DNA of 64,000 nt from Spongospora subterranea f. sp. subterranea (Eukaryota). The stretch is taken from assembly GCA_049724395.1 (NCBI GenBank), contig JAUGWO010000112.1, forward strand, positions 372,001 through 436,000. The letters are read 5' to 3'. The first letter of the stretch is position 1; each line of letters opens with the position of its first letter. Position numbers and translations under genes: made by a program. Positions 39,088 through 51,052 of this stretch are shown in pieces. The notes under the pieces were generated by a model. That model was not told where the DNA came from. It saw only the letters and a list, made by a program, of their open reading frames with translations, and did no database searches.

Positions 39088-40060
39088 ATGACGTCCAGGA
39101 GCCAATACCAATCAAGGAAATCATACCATCCTGGGCGGCAATCCAATCAGGCCAAGGTGAGGGCGGCCGAACAGGTTCCCAAGGCCATTGGCCTGGCCGA
39201 GGCGGAGCGGGAAGCCCAGCTACTCAAGGAAAGGAAGGAGGCGGCGGCGATTGTGGCAAGCGGTGATCAGCTATTGAGCGAGAGGGAGAGTGTCTCATTC
39301 CTTTACAGGGCGCCACCAGGGTTAGACCCCTTCCAACCCGTTCCAATCCTATCAATTCGGGTCTGATTTGGACAATTATCAGATATTATAGGGATAAAGA
39401 AGCAGAGGAGCTAGCTGATCGCCAAAGAAAACAACAGGATCCATCTTTATTAACACTAAAGGATAAATTCCCAGAGATAAGTAATAATGGATTCGGGGAA
39501 CATTATTGGATTGTGTTCATATATCTGATTCTTATGGTGTTTTAGAAAATGCCCCGACAACATCTAAGATCGCCAAGGATATGGATCTTCGTGTTAATAT
39601 GTTAGGGAAGGTCCTTCGCAATGTCCAATGCTCTAAATGCCAAGCTTGGGGCCATAAATCATGGGATCGTGAATGCCCGCTTAAAGATGTACTGGTTCAA
39701 GCCGATATAGAGAGAAGGGATCGTGAGGACCCGATGCGCTCGTTCGCTGATCAGTCGGTAAACGAGGTCGGGAAGGGGATTGTGCTCAAAGAAGAGATAG
39801 TAATACGGGGAGGGGGCGACGCTACCAGCGATAATCAACAGCTGATCCCAATCTCTGATCACGATAATATATCAGAGCCAGATCCAGAGATGGCCTTTGT
39901 CATGAAATTGACATCAGAACAAAGGGCGGTCTTGTTGAAGAAGCTCAAGAAAAAGGACAAGAAGAGAAAGCGCGCCAAGTTAAGCCAGAAGGAATCGAAT
40001 ACCCAACATGTTGACCCAAATAACACACAATCATCGTCTAGAAGGCGCAAGGGGAATTGA
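39088..40060 (+). CDS. CIR1: CIR1-like spliceosomal protein (Cir_N + zinc knuckle)
   Basis: KSYHPGRQSNQAKVRAAEQ, SFLYRAPPG, LRNVQCSKCQAWGHKSWDRECPL, Lys-rich tail. Confidence 0.82.
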
Positions 40061-40397
40061 AAATAAAGTCTGGTTAATACGATGGGCGATTATCTGAGGA
40101 GGCTGCAGGTCTGGTTAAGGAATGATATGAGGAGGAGGGAGGTGTTGGTTAACACACTATATGAGGATAAGGGAGGTAGCCGGCGCCGATCCCGATCGCG
40201 TTGATCGGGCCTGTGCAGCCCCTCGCGATGTGATCTGTGCTGGGCAGACCCGATTATATATGAGATGGGCAGAGGTCGTCTCGCTCCGCTTGCTGTCATT
40301 GCCCTATCACCACCACCACCACTTCCTCAATAATCCCTCACCAACACCTGTCAGGGGGATTGGGTCAGCAGCACCAGGGACTAGGGAACGGCCGACC

Positions 40398-41603
40398 ATG
40401 TCGGGCAAACAATGGTATTACTGTGATACCGATGGGCAACAGCAAGGGCCTGTTGCCGATGACGCCTTGGTCAGTGAATATCATGCTGGCCGCATCAATA
40501 ACGATTGCCTCATTTGGAGCGATTCTTTACCGGATTGGTATCGACCAGAGGTCTCACATCCTCGAACCTGCCAACAATAATGCTGTTTATGGTCTATAGG
40601 ACGCCTCTCAAACAAGTTGACGAGGTTTTCAAACTAATTGTCCCAGAAAAACCGCCAGGTTGTAATATCGATTAACCTGTGGATATATGGCTTATCGTGA
40701 ACATGTTTTAGTCGCAGCGGTTAAGAGTCTAGCCTCGATAAAGAAACCCAGCGATGCCAAATCAGGGCCTTCTCCAAAACTCGGTTTAGCCAGAGGTTCT
40801 TCAAATGCAACTCTTGCAGAGGAACTATCGCCAAAGAAGACATCGGCAAACAGCGCCAAGGTCAGCGCTATGTCGTATTTCACAAAACCAGCTAATTCAT
40901 GATCTTTCTGGGCAGACTTCCGACGGGAAATGGTCGAAAGTTGAGGGAGTTGACGGATATCCTTATTACATGTGTGTACGCCCTACATTTTCTTCCCGAT
41001 CAATAATGATCTGTTGTTTTTTCAGAAATCTAGAAAGCCAGGAGACAACATGGGATAGACCTGACGACTATGTTAGCGATGAAGACGCTCGCAACAAAAC
41101 TAAAGTAAAACCTTTGAATGAAGCGTCAAGAACAGTGAGCGTGAAATCTGTGGCAATCAAACCAAGCGCCACAGGTACCAGTACTGTATCAGATGATGTA
41201 AATAACAAAACGTCATGAGCAAATGTGATGATGGTTTTGAACGATTCAATAGGGATCAGCAATTGCCGAGTTGAAGAGCAACATTGCCACTCTCAAAATT
41301 GATGCTGAAAAGGGAACTACAGAACTGAAGGGCCTGCTCAAAGTGAGGGATAAAAGTCATGAAGATGCTGCTGCTCAAAACGAAAAATCAATATCAGAGT
41401 TGAAAGAGGAAATGATAGCGGAGAAGAAAAATGTCGCAGATTTGAAAGCGGAGCTAGCTCACAACCAGAAAACCATTGCGTCAATGCAAGCGTCATTAGA
41501 TGGCGTAATCAGTGAATTGTCAGAGCTTAAAAAAGCGTCGCAATCCAACTTCAAGTCAATCAAGAATTTCGCTAAGTCACTTAATGACGGAATCAAGGAA
41601 TAA
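40398..41603 (+). CDS. GYF_2 (DUF4339) + WW domain + coiled-coil protein
   Basis: WYYCDTDGQQQGPV...LIWSDSLPDW; WSKVEGVDGYPYY|NLESQETTWDRP; C-terminal heptads. Confidence 0.8.
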
Positions 41604-41707
41604 ATCCCTGAACCAAATTGTTTAAAAAGCTGATAAACCCACACCCACCGATTGTAGAGTCGTGAATATCAAGTGATGTATTGAAAACTGAGTCGGGAAC
41701 CGAAAGA

Positions 41708-42472
41708 TCATAACAATTGATATGCAGCAATCAACGCTGAAATTAGACCACCAGCTCCGAGAACGCCATCGTTAAACTGCCAGCCAAGGACAGACTGGGT
41801 TAAATTAAACCCATTGGCAGCAACGGGCAGGTCGCCAAATCCAGCAACAATCTTCAGCAATATCGATGTACGATCCTTCAACAAGGCAACCGTGGCTGCC
41901 GAGGCGTCCGGCCCCGCTTTCGCGCTGTCTTCCTTTTCAAGATTATCTCGCAGTTGGACGAACTGAATAAGAAGACCAAATACAATGCCAATGAACCACC
42001 CCCGATTGGCATGAAGGGTGACACTAGTCGGCTCGAACGTGAGAAACTTCGCTTTACACAGATACACAATGGTGTCATTGAGCCAGTACCTGCAAAACAG
42101 CCATGATGTGATTATCAAAGCCATAGATCACCATCGTTTTACCACAGACCATGCAAATCCGGCACGAGATAACACAGTTAACCATTGGATCACCTTTCCG
42201 TCTTTCGTATTATCAAGAGCAGTCAATATGGACTTATATTCTTGGGCCATGTTAGGAAATCTCCATAATTTTCTGGCGTCACGCGACATTGCAAATAACC
42301 CCTTGAAGCGTTGCCCAAGATCGTTCTTTGGATCATTTTTCAACAGCATGTACATAAACAGACGGCTTCCATACTGAACGGCTTTGGTGACTTTATCCCG
42401 GCCAGCGTAGGTTTTCGTAAGAGCTAAGAAAGGGTCCAATCCCGGAACTGTGCATGACTTGGTAAGACTCAT
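41708..42472 (-). CDS. PEX11: Peroxisomal biogenesis factor 11
   Basis: GRDKVTKAVQYGSR, ARKLWRF, YWLND, GVLGAGGLISA. Confidence 0.9.
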
Positions 42473-42774
42473 TAATATCGACGCGATCACTATGTATGTA
42501 CTGATTAAGCGGCGGAGATGGAGATATTTCCAAGACGGGATGTCCTGTGGTCTATACTCGTATGATCGGCCTGACCGATGACTGTACGGTATGTGATGTG
42601 TAACTGGATAAGGGGGGGGATGACAGTCACACACTTACAGCCCGACTGTGGCCAATTGCCGATACCGCCATACGTCGACTGCACACATTGATCTGGTCAA
42701 CTTTATCGGCAAAGGATGGATCATCGAGTGAGAGGACGTTTTCGCTGGGGGTAAACCGTAAAGTTATTGATTCA

Positions 42775-43760
42775 TTAATTTGGGTTAACATTCAAGAGCA
42801 TGTTGTTCCCGTTGGGAAGATACGTCACATTGCGGGACCGAGATAGAGCATCGGCAACGTGCTTGGCAGTTTCGATACGGCGAATTGCAATCAAACCATC
42901 TCCTGACTTGGCAATAGCATCAGAGATTAATGTGGCCGCTTCAGATTCACCCTCAGCTTGAATGATTGCGGCAAGCTTCTCTTGTTCTGCCTTCAACACG
43001 ACGAACTTAGAACGTTCCGCCTCTTGCTGGGCAACTTGCTTCTGTTCAATAGCGGCACTGAATTCTCTAGAGAAATTGATGTGGGTCACAGACACGTCAT
43101 CCAAAAGAATGTTGAATTCTCCGGCTCGCTGAGTCAGCCCTTCACGAATGTCCTTTGAAACTTGGTCTCGCATTGTCAACAACTGATCAGCATTATATTG
43201 GGCTACAGTGGGATTTGAGAACTTCGTTGCCAATAGAAGGAAGAACACGTTCGTCATAATCAAGACCAAGGTGCCGATACAAATCTGGCAGTTGCGACAC
43301 GTTAGGCTTTGACAAAACCCGCAACGATAGATTGACCACTTGAAGATCTTTCGTTCCGGTAGTAGTAGAAATTGTACGAGGCCGTGTGCGAACCTACAAA
43401 AGATCGGTCAACGCTGATAACGCAGCAAGCGATTGTTATACGTCAAATATAATTGGCATTTGCAGAAGGGGGATCAAGAAATGGGTTCCTATCAATTCGT
43501 CAGCTGCTGCAGCACTGAAAATTAGGAAGCTTACCTTCTGGGACAATGTAATCCTTGATACCAGTGAACCTGTCAAAAATAACAGCACGGTGTCCGGCTT
43601 CAACTGATGACAAGAAAGCTTTAGTCATGGAAATTGTGAAAACTTTGAAAGAAAATGAACTACCATTGTACATTGACTGCTGAATTGCAGTTGCTGCTGT
43701 ACCAAGGCCAATGGCCACGGCAGCCAGCCTGCCACTAAGACCCGCGAATGCTTGAGACAT
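42775..43760 (-). CDS. PHB1: Prohibitin 1 (apparent +1 frameshift at 43210-43212)
   Basis: [59 protein letters not shown]. Confidence 0.95.
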
Positions 43761-44119
43761 GTCAATTAAACAGCAAAGAGAGGCAAATGGACTTCAGTCG
43801 TTCGTAATGATATGATCTTGTAGGACACGGACACCGGGGCGGATCAACTGCGGCCCCTCTCCAGTCACAACCCCTGCACTGCAGACAGCGATGGGAGGGT
43901 GTTGCTGCTTGTGTTCGGTGCTTTTGAGTATTGTTGACCCAATTTCACACGGTTGCATAGTTGCGATTATGAAGAAATCTGATGTGGTGATTCGCTGAAA
44001 ACATATTTACGCTTTAATTTGAACGATTTATTATCAAGCTCGAAGTCTTTCGTATGATAAATGGCCACGTTATCAATTATTCAACCCGGCGAGCGACAGC
44101 ACTTCTGAATTATTATCAA

Positions 44120-44397
44120 TTATAAATACGAGAATGCAAAATATGTCGCCAAAATTACGGTGCTTAACAGAACCGTATCTGTTCGCAACACCATTTTTCA
44201 GCTGCAATCGACTGGAAACAAGTTCTTATGGACTTACTGAAAAGTTTCCTTTCCCATGGCTCAAGCATGTACAACGCCGTAAGCAGATTATAATGCATGT
44301 GGAGATCTTGTCCTACGCGAACCAGCACATTGGGTCGCTTGGGGCTTTGTTCTTCAACGTTAATGGAGCGAAATTTTCCTCCGGCCAATAAGGCCAT
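44120..44397 (-). CDS. SPTSS: Serine palmitoyltransferase small subunit (2 exons)
   Basis: YNLLTALYMLEPWERKLF|NTVLLSTVILATYFAFSYL*. Confidence 0.85.
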
Positions 44398-44638
44398 ATC
44401 ATCTGCATAAAGCGTCATATTCCCCAAATTCACCAATTACTGAGTGCCAAAGGGCAACGTAAAACCCGAGTAATCGTGTAAAGACTGAGAATGATGGCGC
44501 TGCCCATTCCCATCACTGTCAACTGTAACGATCAGAGTACTGTAGATCTGTCGTCAGGGGCCGACATGCTTGGGCAACATTCTCTCCTGGGGTCACCTAC
44601 CTTGGGAGACGCGGCTCATGGGCAATGCCCTCCTTGGT

Positions 44639-45400
44639 CTATGCCGAATGGGACGTCCGTCGTTGCGTCTGTATCTGATTCACAAATTCCGACAAGATCT
44701 TGATAACGCAGGATGCTTGGGTCAGCGATATGCATTCAATTTTTATGTTTGACAGAGTTTCTTGCTCTATCATCATTTCATCCAGCAATTTGCTTTTTTC
44801 TAGCGCATCCATCAACTCTGACTTCGTGAAGAGAAGCAAAATCAGCGATTTTCTTGGACGAAATCTGTGCCAGCCGTGCTATTACGAGCCTGTACATGGT
44901 TTAGAGACACAAGATGATCAAACAAGCAATGTCGGACCGGGATTGTTGCAGACGGCTGGCATCGGTTGCATCAACTGTGCAGATGATGGCATCCGCGCCA
45001 CCTACTAGTTGTTCTCCTTCTTTGGTTTGTGATAATCGACCTGGAGTGTCCACGAAGTTGACGCAGTCGTTTCCAATATATACAGGGTGTTCGGAAATCC
45101 GGGTTGTTGACGGCGGTCGCGGAATACAGTTCGGGTTGTCAAGAAGTTCTACTGGGGCATCAAGCTTCGCTATGAGCGATGTTTTACCACTAAAAGGTAA
45201 TCCCATAAGAACTCTTGAAAAAAAAATCCGCTTAGTAGAAGTCAATAAATTTTCGACATCCCTTACACCACGATTGGTTCATCAAGAACTGGGTATATTG
45301 TGGCCACGGAACGCTTGGTTTTAGGAACTTGTGGAAGCAACTGCTTATGAATATCGTAGTGTTTCGACGGCGAACATATCCATGAGCAGCAACAGTTCAT
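44639..45400 (-). CDS. Divergent ARF-like small GTPase
   Basis: MNCCCSW start; GLPFSGKTS (G1), FVDTPG (G3), IICTVDATDASRL, FTKSE (G4). Confidence 0.75.
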
Positions 45401-45476
45401 AGACAAATGGAGTTTAAAGGTACGGTACGAACATTAACTGGATGCGATCGTCATCTTGGATGATCCAGAGCCATAT

Positions 45477-47075
45477 ATGGCCATGGAGAGGACTGTCATT
45501 GACGAAACCGCTATCAGAGAGGCGGTGAAGAATTACAGAAAACCATTCAACGAAGAAGGCGGGCAACCAAACAACGATGGAGAAGAGGCAGATGACGAAT
45601 TCGACGAGGAGGTGGATTTGGCAGAAATCACCGTATTAGCGTTGTCATTCCAAAACATTTACCAGATCGACAATCTTCAGGGATTCAATCAACTTACTAA
45701 ACTACAGCTCGACAATAACGTCATCGAACGCATTGAGAATATCAGCCATCTAGTCAATCTACAATGGCTTGACCTTTCGTTCAATAACATCGCCAAGATT
45801 GAACATCTGGATGCACTTGTCAACCTAACTGATCTTTCCCTGTTTCACAATCAAATTAATGTCATAGAAAATTTGGATGCGCTAAAGAAGCTCAACGTCC
45901 TATCCCTTGGCAATAACAATATTAGAGACGTCGAGAATATCATTTATTTGCGACGATTCCAAGATTTGCGTCTGCTGAACCTAGCAGGCAATCCAGTCTG
46001 TCAAGAGGAGGATTACTTTACGACTGTCTTTGCTTACCTACAACATTTGCGATATCTAGATTATGAGACATTAGATTCAGCTCAAGTGTTAAAAGCTAAA
46101 GAAGATAAACAGGCCCAGCTGCTGGAAATGGAAGAAACCGAGAAACAACAAGCCAACGAGAACGCGATGGCAGCAAAAAAAATGCAATTCAAGCAATCGC
46201 TTCAACAAGCAAATCTCAATGGAATCGACGAACTATTCGACGAGATGATTAGAGATGATGCAGAGATTCTCAGGCTTCAGCAATTGCCTGGTTTCAAAAA
46301 CGTCCTTCAGAGTTATCGAGAAAAAACTGAAAAAGCCGTTGGTGAATTTGTGGAGCGGATCTTGGGGGCAAGCAATGCACAACAACAGGAAATAGACTTG
46401 TTCGAACAGGCGGTGTCGCATTTGCTCACTGGAAATGAAGCGAACTCGCTGGCGAGAATTCATCAGTTCAATACGTTGAAGAAAAAACTGCTCGCTCAAT
46501 ATGGAAATGGTGTACGGGAGGGAGTACCAGATGGGACTCTGATATCATCATTGACTGAAGCGATTCAGTCCTTATCAGATGATATGATGGATCTAGAGAT
46601 GCAACGATCGGAGGAAGTGTCCGATTGCATTGGTGAATTTGAGGGGGTTATTTCCAGGACGACAAAACAAAATATCGAGCAAATGTCGAATTTCTTCCGT
46701 TTCCTGGAAGACCTGGAACGGATCTATTGGGAAGATCTGGTTGCGCTTGTCCATAGTTTGGTTGAAAAGTTCCATAATTCAATGAATGCGGAGTCGCCGG
46801 CAATGAACGAAGCAGACATCACTCTGTCCACAATTCTTTCCGAGAAAGGCACGTTGGAAACATCGATATCGAACTCCCATAACAACCACCTGGAGCGCAT
46901 TCTCAAGTTCGGGGACGAAGTTCTGGATCGGGAATCAAAATCCGCAGAGCGTTTGACCGCTGAAGCTCGCAACACCGAATATTTTCGCAATCGACGCCGA
47001 GTCGCCGAGATATTTGACCTGATTTCTGATCTTTCATCCCAGAGTAAAACTGAAACGTCCACGACGTCAAAATAA
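45477..47075 (+). CDS. DRC3: Dynein regulatory complex subunit 3 (LRRC48)
   Basis: LSFQNIYQIDNL, LTKLQLDNNVIERIEN, LQWLDLSFNNI, YLRRFQDLRLLNLAGNP, SHNNHL, RNRRRVAEI. Confidence 0.92.
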   Translation: MAMERTVIDETAIREAVKNYRKPFNEEGGQPNNDGEEADDEFDEEVDLAEITVLALSFQNIYQIDNLQGFNQLTKLQLDNNVIERIENISHLVNLQWLDLSFNNIAKIEHLDALVNLTDLSLFHNQINVIENLDALKKLNVLSLGNNNIRDVENIIYLRRFQDLRLLNLAGNPVCQEEDYFTTVFAYLQHLRYLDYETLDSAQVLKAKEDKQAQLLEMEETEKQQANENAMAAKKMQFKQSLQQANLNGIDELFDEMIRDDAEILRLQQLPGFKNVLQSYREKTEKAVGEFVERILGASNAQQQEIDLFEQAVSHLLTGNEANSLARIHQFNTLKKKLLAQYGNGVREGVPDGTLISSLTEAIQSLSDDMMDLEMQRSEEVSDCIGEFEGVISRTTKQNIEQMSNFFRFLEDLERIYWEDLVALVHSLVEKFHNSMNAESPAMNEADITLSTILSEKGTLETSISNSHNNHLERILKFGDEVLDRESKSAERLTAEARNTEYFRNRRRVAEIFDLISDLSSQSKTETSTTSK

Positions 47076-47195
47076 ACGATTGGGTTTTGGCCACCAGATT
47101 CTTGACATACTCATTCGGACTTGAGATCCGGTTCAGCCAGTTCGCACTCTTTTCACTTTAGGAGGTACTCTCGTTCGAAGACATTGTTTGAGTTC

Positions 47196-47768
47196 ATGTC
47201 GCTCCTGAGTCGGATCGGCGCCCGATCGTATCGGGCGGTAGTACACTGTGCCGACGCGCCCGCGGCGATCGGCCCATATAGCCAGGCTATTCGCGCGAAC
47301 GGTTTCCTGTACGTGTCGGGCATGATTGGGTTCGACCCATCTGTAGGTGGCGACGATATTGTCGCGTCAAATATTGATAAAGTATGGCGTAGACTATGGA
47401 GCTGGCGTCGAAAACAGATGTTGGCGTTCAAACTGACCAGGCAAGAAGCAAATTCCCATTCTTTTACTTTGGTTTCAGTAATTTTTGCCCAGGCGTTGAA
47501 AAATTTGGTGAATGTTCTACGAGAGGGCGGCAGCTCGCCAGAGAAAGTAGTTAAAACCACAGTATTGATGCGAAACATGGACGATTACAAGACCATCAAC
47601 GACATTTATGCAAAATGTAATATGACTGCGATTCTTGCCAGGTTCGTTGTCATAACCTGAATTTCAGATTTTACCACGGAACCGCCGGCTAGAGCTGCAT
47701 ATGCTGTCAAGGGACTTCCCGCTTCGGCCCTTGTTGAAATTGAATGTATCGCCTTGTACGAGGACTGA
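47196..47768 (+). CDS. RIDA: RidA/YjgF/UK114 imine deaminase with probable mitochondrial presequence
   Basis: APAAIGPYSQA, YVSGMIG, VVKTTV, PPARAAYAVKGLP..ALVEIECIA. Confidence 0.94.
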
Positions 47769-47829
47769 TAGATTAGTATTAAAGTTTATCAGATTTACAC
47801 ATACGCTCCTTCATGTTCACAAAAGTACC

Positions 47830-49686
47830 TCAGATTAACCTTGAGCCTTCCCAGAAATCGATCTTCCGTCGAAGCGTTGCGTTCATTGTGCTTACGACAT
47901 CAATATCCACAGAGTGCCTGAGAGTCTGAAATGCACCTTCTTTGACTGGCCAATCAATATCTGGATTGAGAATCTGAGGTTCCATTGTGTCATTATTACT
48001 GTGAACAGAAAGAATAAGTCATTGTCTTTCCCAAGAGGACGATATACACTGACAGGGCGCTTTCCATGTTCGGTTTTCTGCTTAATGATCGTACCCACTT
48101 TGGGTCAACCTGTTTTGGTAGATGAATTCGAGATTGGACTGGCAACTCGAAATCTAGAACGGGTAATTCACCGAAGACATCCGTCTTGCTGTTGTCGATA
48201 CGTAGCACCTAACATCAATGAATGGAATATTTCCTTCGGGTAAGGTAATGGCAACACCTTATTAGCCGCACGAGCACGGGCGGCAGATATGTCAATGTTT
48301 GGCGAATCCGTTAGTGCTGACAACGTTAATTCTTCAATTTGATGTTGAATCCATGTAGTAGAATTCAAAGCTGGGGTTGCTAGTTGCGATGAAGAGACGG
48401 AGGAACTCCCACTCAGCATATTGCTAATTTTTGCTTCACTGCTGAACTTGCCGACAGGCATTGACAAGCGGGTTTTCGCGTTCTCTGCCGTTGCACCGGT
48501 TGCCGAATTGATGGACGGAACGATATCTTTATGGCGGACTCGATTTTGTGTCAAATCTTTGACACCGACTTCTGGCAATGATGAAGTTGACAAGACAGGG
48601 ACCGTTCTGCTAAGAGGTACACTTTCTGCTTGGGTAATGTCTGTGAAAGTAGGCCGGGGTTGAGGAATAGGCACGGGACCGGATCGAGGAGCCATCTCAG
48701 ATGACATCTCGGGGGGTTGAACTCTTGCCAGGTTCGAAATTCACTATCGGAATATCTAAAGGCCATATTTCAACCGCTCCATCGCAGCTAGCGATAAGAA
48801 CGCCAATTTCCTTAGGATTTGATTCAATGAATGCAATGACAACGATCGCAGACAATAACCGGTGTTGCGCTAAGATTTCGCTCGGATCTGATAATGATTG
48901 AATTATAACACGGCCATCAGAAAACGCAACTCCTAGAGCATTGCCGCTGGTTGAGATAGCCAAGTTAGCAACCGTGTCCTGATGCTTCCACGAATGCGAT
49001 CTTTGCAATTCTTGATTCTCTAGGGTAATTACAAATACAAATCCGAGGTTATCGGAGCAAACGCAGCCGTCACGACGAGGATGAGGAACGGCATAGCATA
49101 TAGGAGAATCATGCTGAAAGAAGTAATTTGATGCAACACCGCTCTTTACATCACCCATATATACATGACCACTCTCGAAACATGCAAAAAACGTTTTCTG
49201 AGATGTCGAAATTGCAATGGCGCTGACAGGCTCGTTTGATATGTGACATTGCCAAGAGCAACCGTTTGAAATTTTGTCCCAAGCGATGATGCGGCCATCA
49301 GAATAACCAATGATGACTGAAGTCATCCCGAGATCAAAAGCATTGATAGATGTCTCATAATGATAGATATGCCTGACCAAATCAGAAAGCTCTGATGATA
49401 TGATAAGAAGGCGATTGCTAGGTGGCATCAGACAATATAAATCTTCTGCATCGGCTCGGACAGCAACAATCGGATACTGAAGAAAAGGCTTACCAGCTGG
49501 CGAGAAAGCAAATGTACGGGTTGGAGTATCTGCAATGACGACATGAACTTTTCCATTAGAGGACGCCAAAACAGCTCCAGTTTTACGGTAAAGCAGAGCC
49601 CCAGAGAGAATATCAGACAATTGTGGCGATGGTAATATCTGCACAAGAGCCAAATCTGGATCTACAATGCCAACGGGTCGTTGCAT
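47830..49686 (-). CDS. WD40-repeat protein with low-complexity C-terminus
   Basis: GYSDGRIIAWD, ESGHVYMGD, SDGRVIIQS, CDGAVEIWP; 3' exons tentative. Confidence 0.65.
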
Positions 49687-50029
49687 ATTGACTATGAAAA
49701 TGACTTTCTCCTTTCTACCAGTGCAGTGTATACTGGACTAACCGGAGTGTACCTACTGTAGACGGGCTGTGCAGAGACCAAACTTTTCAAACCGATTTCG
49801 TTATTTTTTTTTCCCCAATTTTAACCAAAAGAGTTTCAACAGTTTTTGCCAAGCTTACGACCTGTACAATCCATTCGGTCTGGAATCACTAAACGACTGC
49901 CATTGATGGTTTTTGTTTCGATTGGGCACTTTTTGTCGCATTGTCTGAAAACCCAGGGCTGATTCATATTGTCATTCTGGTTGGCGGCGTATGCTTAATT
50001 GGAATCCGGAGCACAATCTAACGATGCAC

Positions 50030-50284
50030 AAATGACATCAGCGCTAATACACATTGCTGGGCCATAAATCTTTTTTTGCTGGTGCTCCCAATGATCCGAT
50101 TCACAAAAACGCCCCGTCTGCTTGAGAAACAGATGATTTGTGGCGGAATGCCCACATGATGCTGCGTCCTCCATGGACGCCAAGTCACGTTTTTGTGGTG
50201 ATTCGGATCATTGGGAACCCACACCACCTGGGTTGCAAACGAAGATTCATGGCCCAGCGATGTGTATTAGCGGTGATGTCATTT
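50030..50284. repeat. Imperfect inverted repeat (arms 50030-50111 / 50188-50284)
   Basis: AAATGACATCAGCGCTAATACACATTGCTGGGCCAT vs ATGGCCCAGCGATGTGTATTAGCGGTGATGTCATTT; TCCCAATGATCCGA vs TCGGATCATTGGGA. Confidence 0.9.
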
Positions 50285-51052
50285 CGATTACTGACCGTGA
50301 TCTGATCCAAGCAATAGTGTGTGATTATGACAGGTAAAAGAACCTGTGACCGTCCTGAGATCTATCAGCTCATCGGAAGAGGGGCTGCAACAGGCCATCA
50401 TAATCCGCCATCCTATCGGAAAAAGATCAGAATATCGTTTGCAGTTGAGGTCTTTGCCAGTCGTCCATAGCCGACTTTGGAACATCACGACACCACTGGC
50501 CGCGTGCTGTTGACTCAACATCCAGCTTTGCAGCCAGATAAATCGTCGGTCAATTAGCAGAATAAGGAGGATTATAGTGTATAACCTTTTTAAGAATCGC
50601 AGATATGGCTTCAAGGCGCGGCAACCATAAGCACAAAATATCAAAGACGAATTCAGACGCAAAATCACAGGATCATGACATTGAGCCTAAACAGCCAGAT
50701 TGGGATATGTTGCCTGATGCTCCTTTTAATGGGACCGGTTGGTGTTGTCCAGTTGTCGTTGTAAAACCTCACGAATCGTTGACGCGAAGCCATTTCCATA
50801 GGAAAACTGCTAACTAGGAAACCCAGAAGACATAAACAGAAGTTGGACTCCTCTCAATGCGGGAAAGATGTGAATATCTTTGACGGTAAATGCACCTTTG
50901 TGCTTGTCAGACCATCGAATCATTGACTGTCCTCGCAGTGGAAGAATTTGGGTCGATGACCGCTTATGCAGTTCAAAATGTCCAGGTCGAACTAACAGAT
51001 GAAAGGAATTTGTCGGATAAGGAATAAAGAAACTAATAATGGTGTTGGTGTA

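Noticed and set aside
43205..43215. PHB1 as pseudogene or recoding site
   Set aside because: A single extra base in a GGG run of an otherwise well-conserved essential gene; same error type as in CFAP418.
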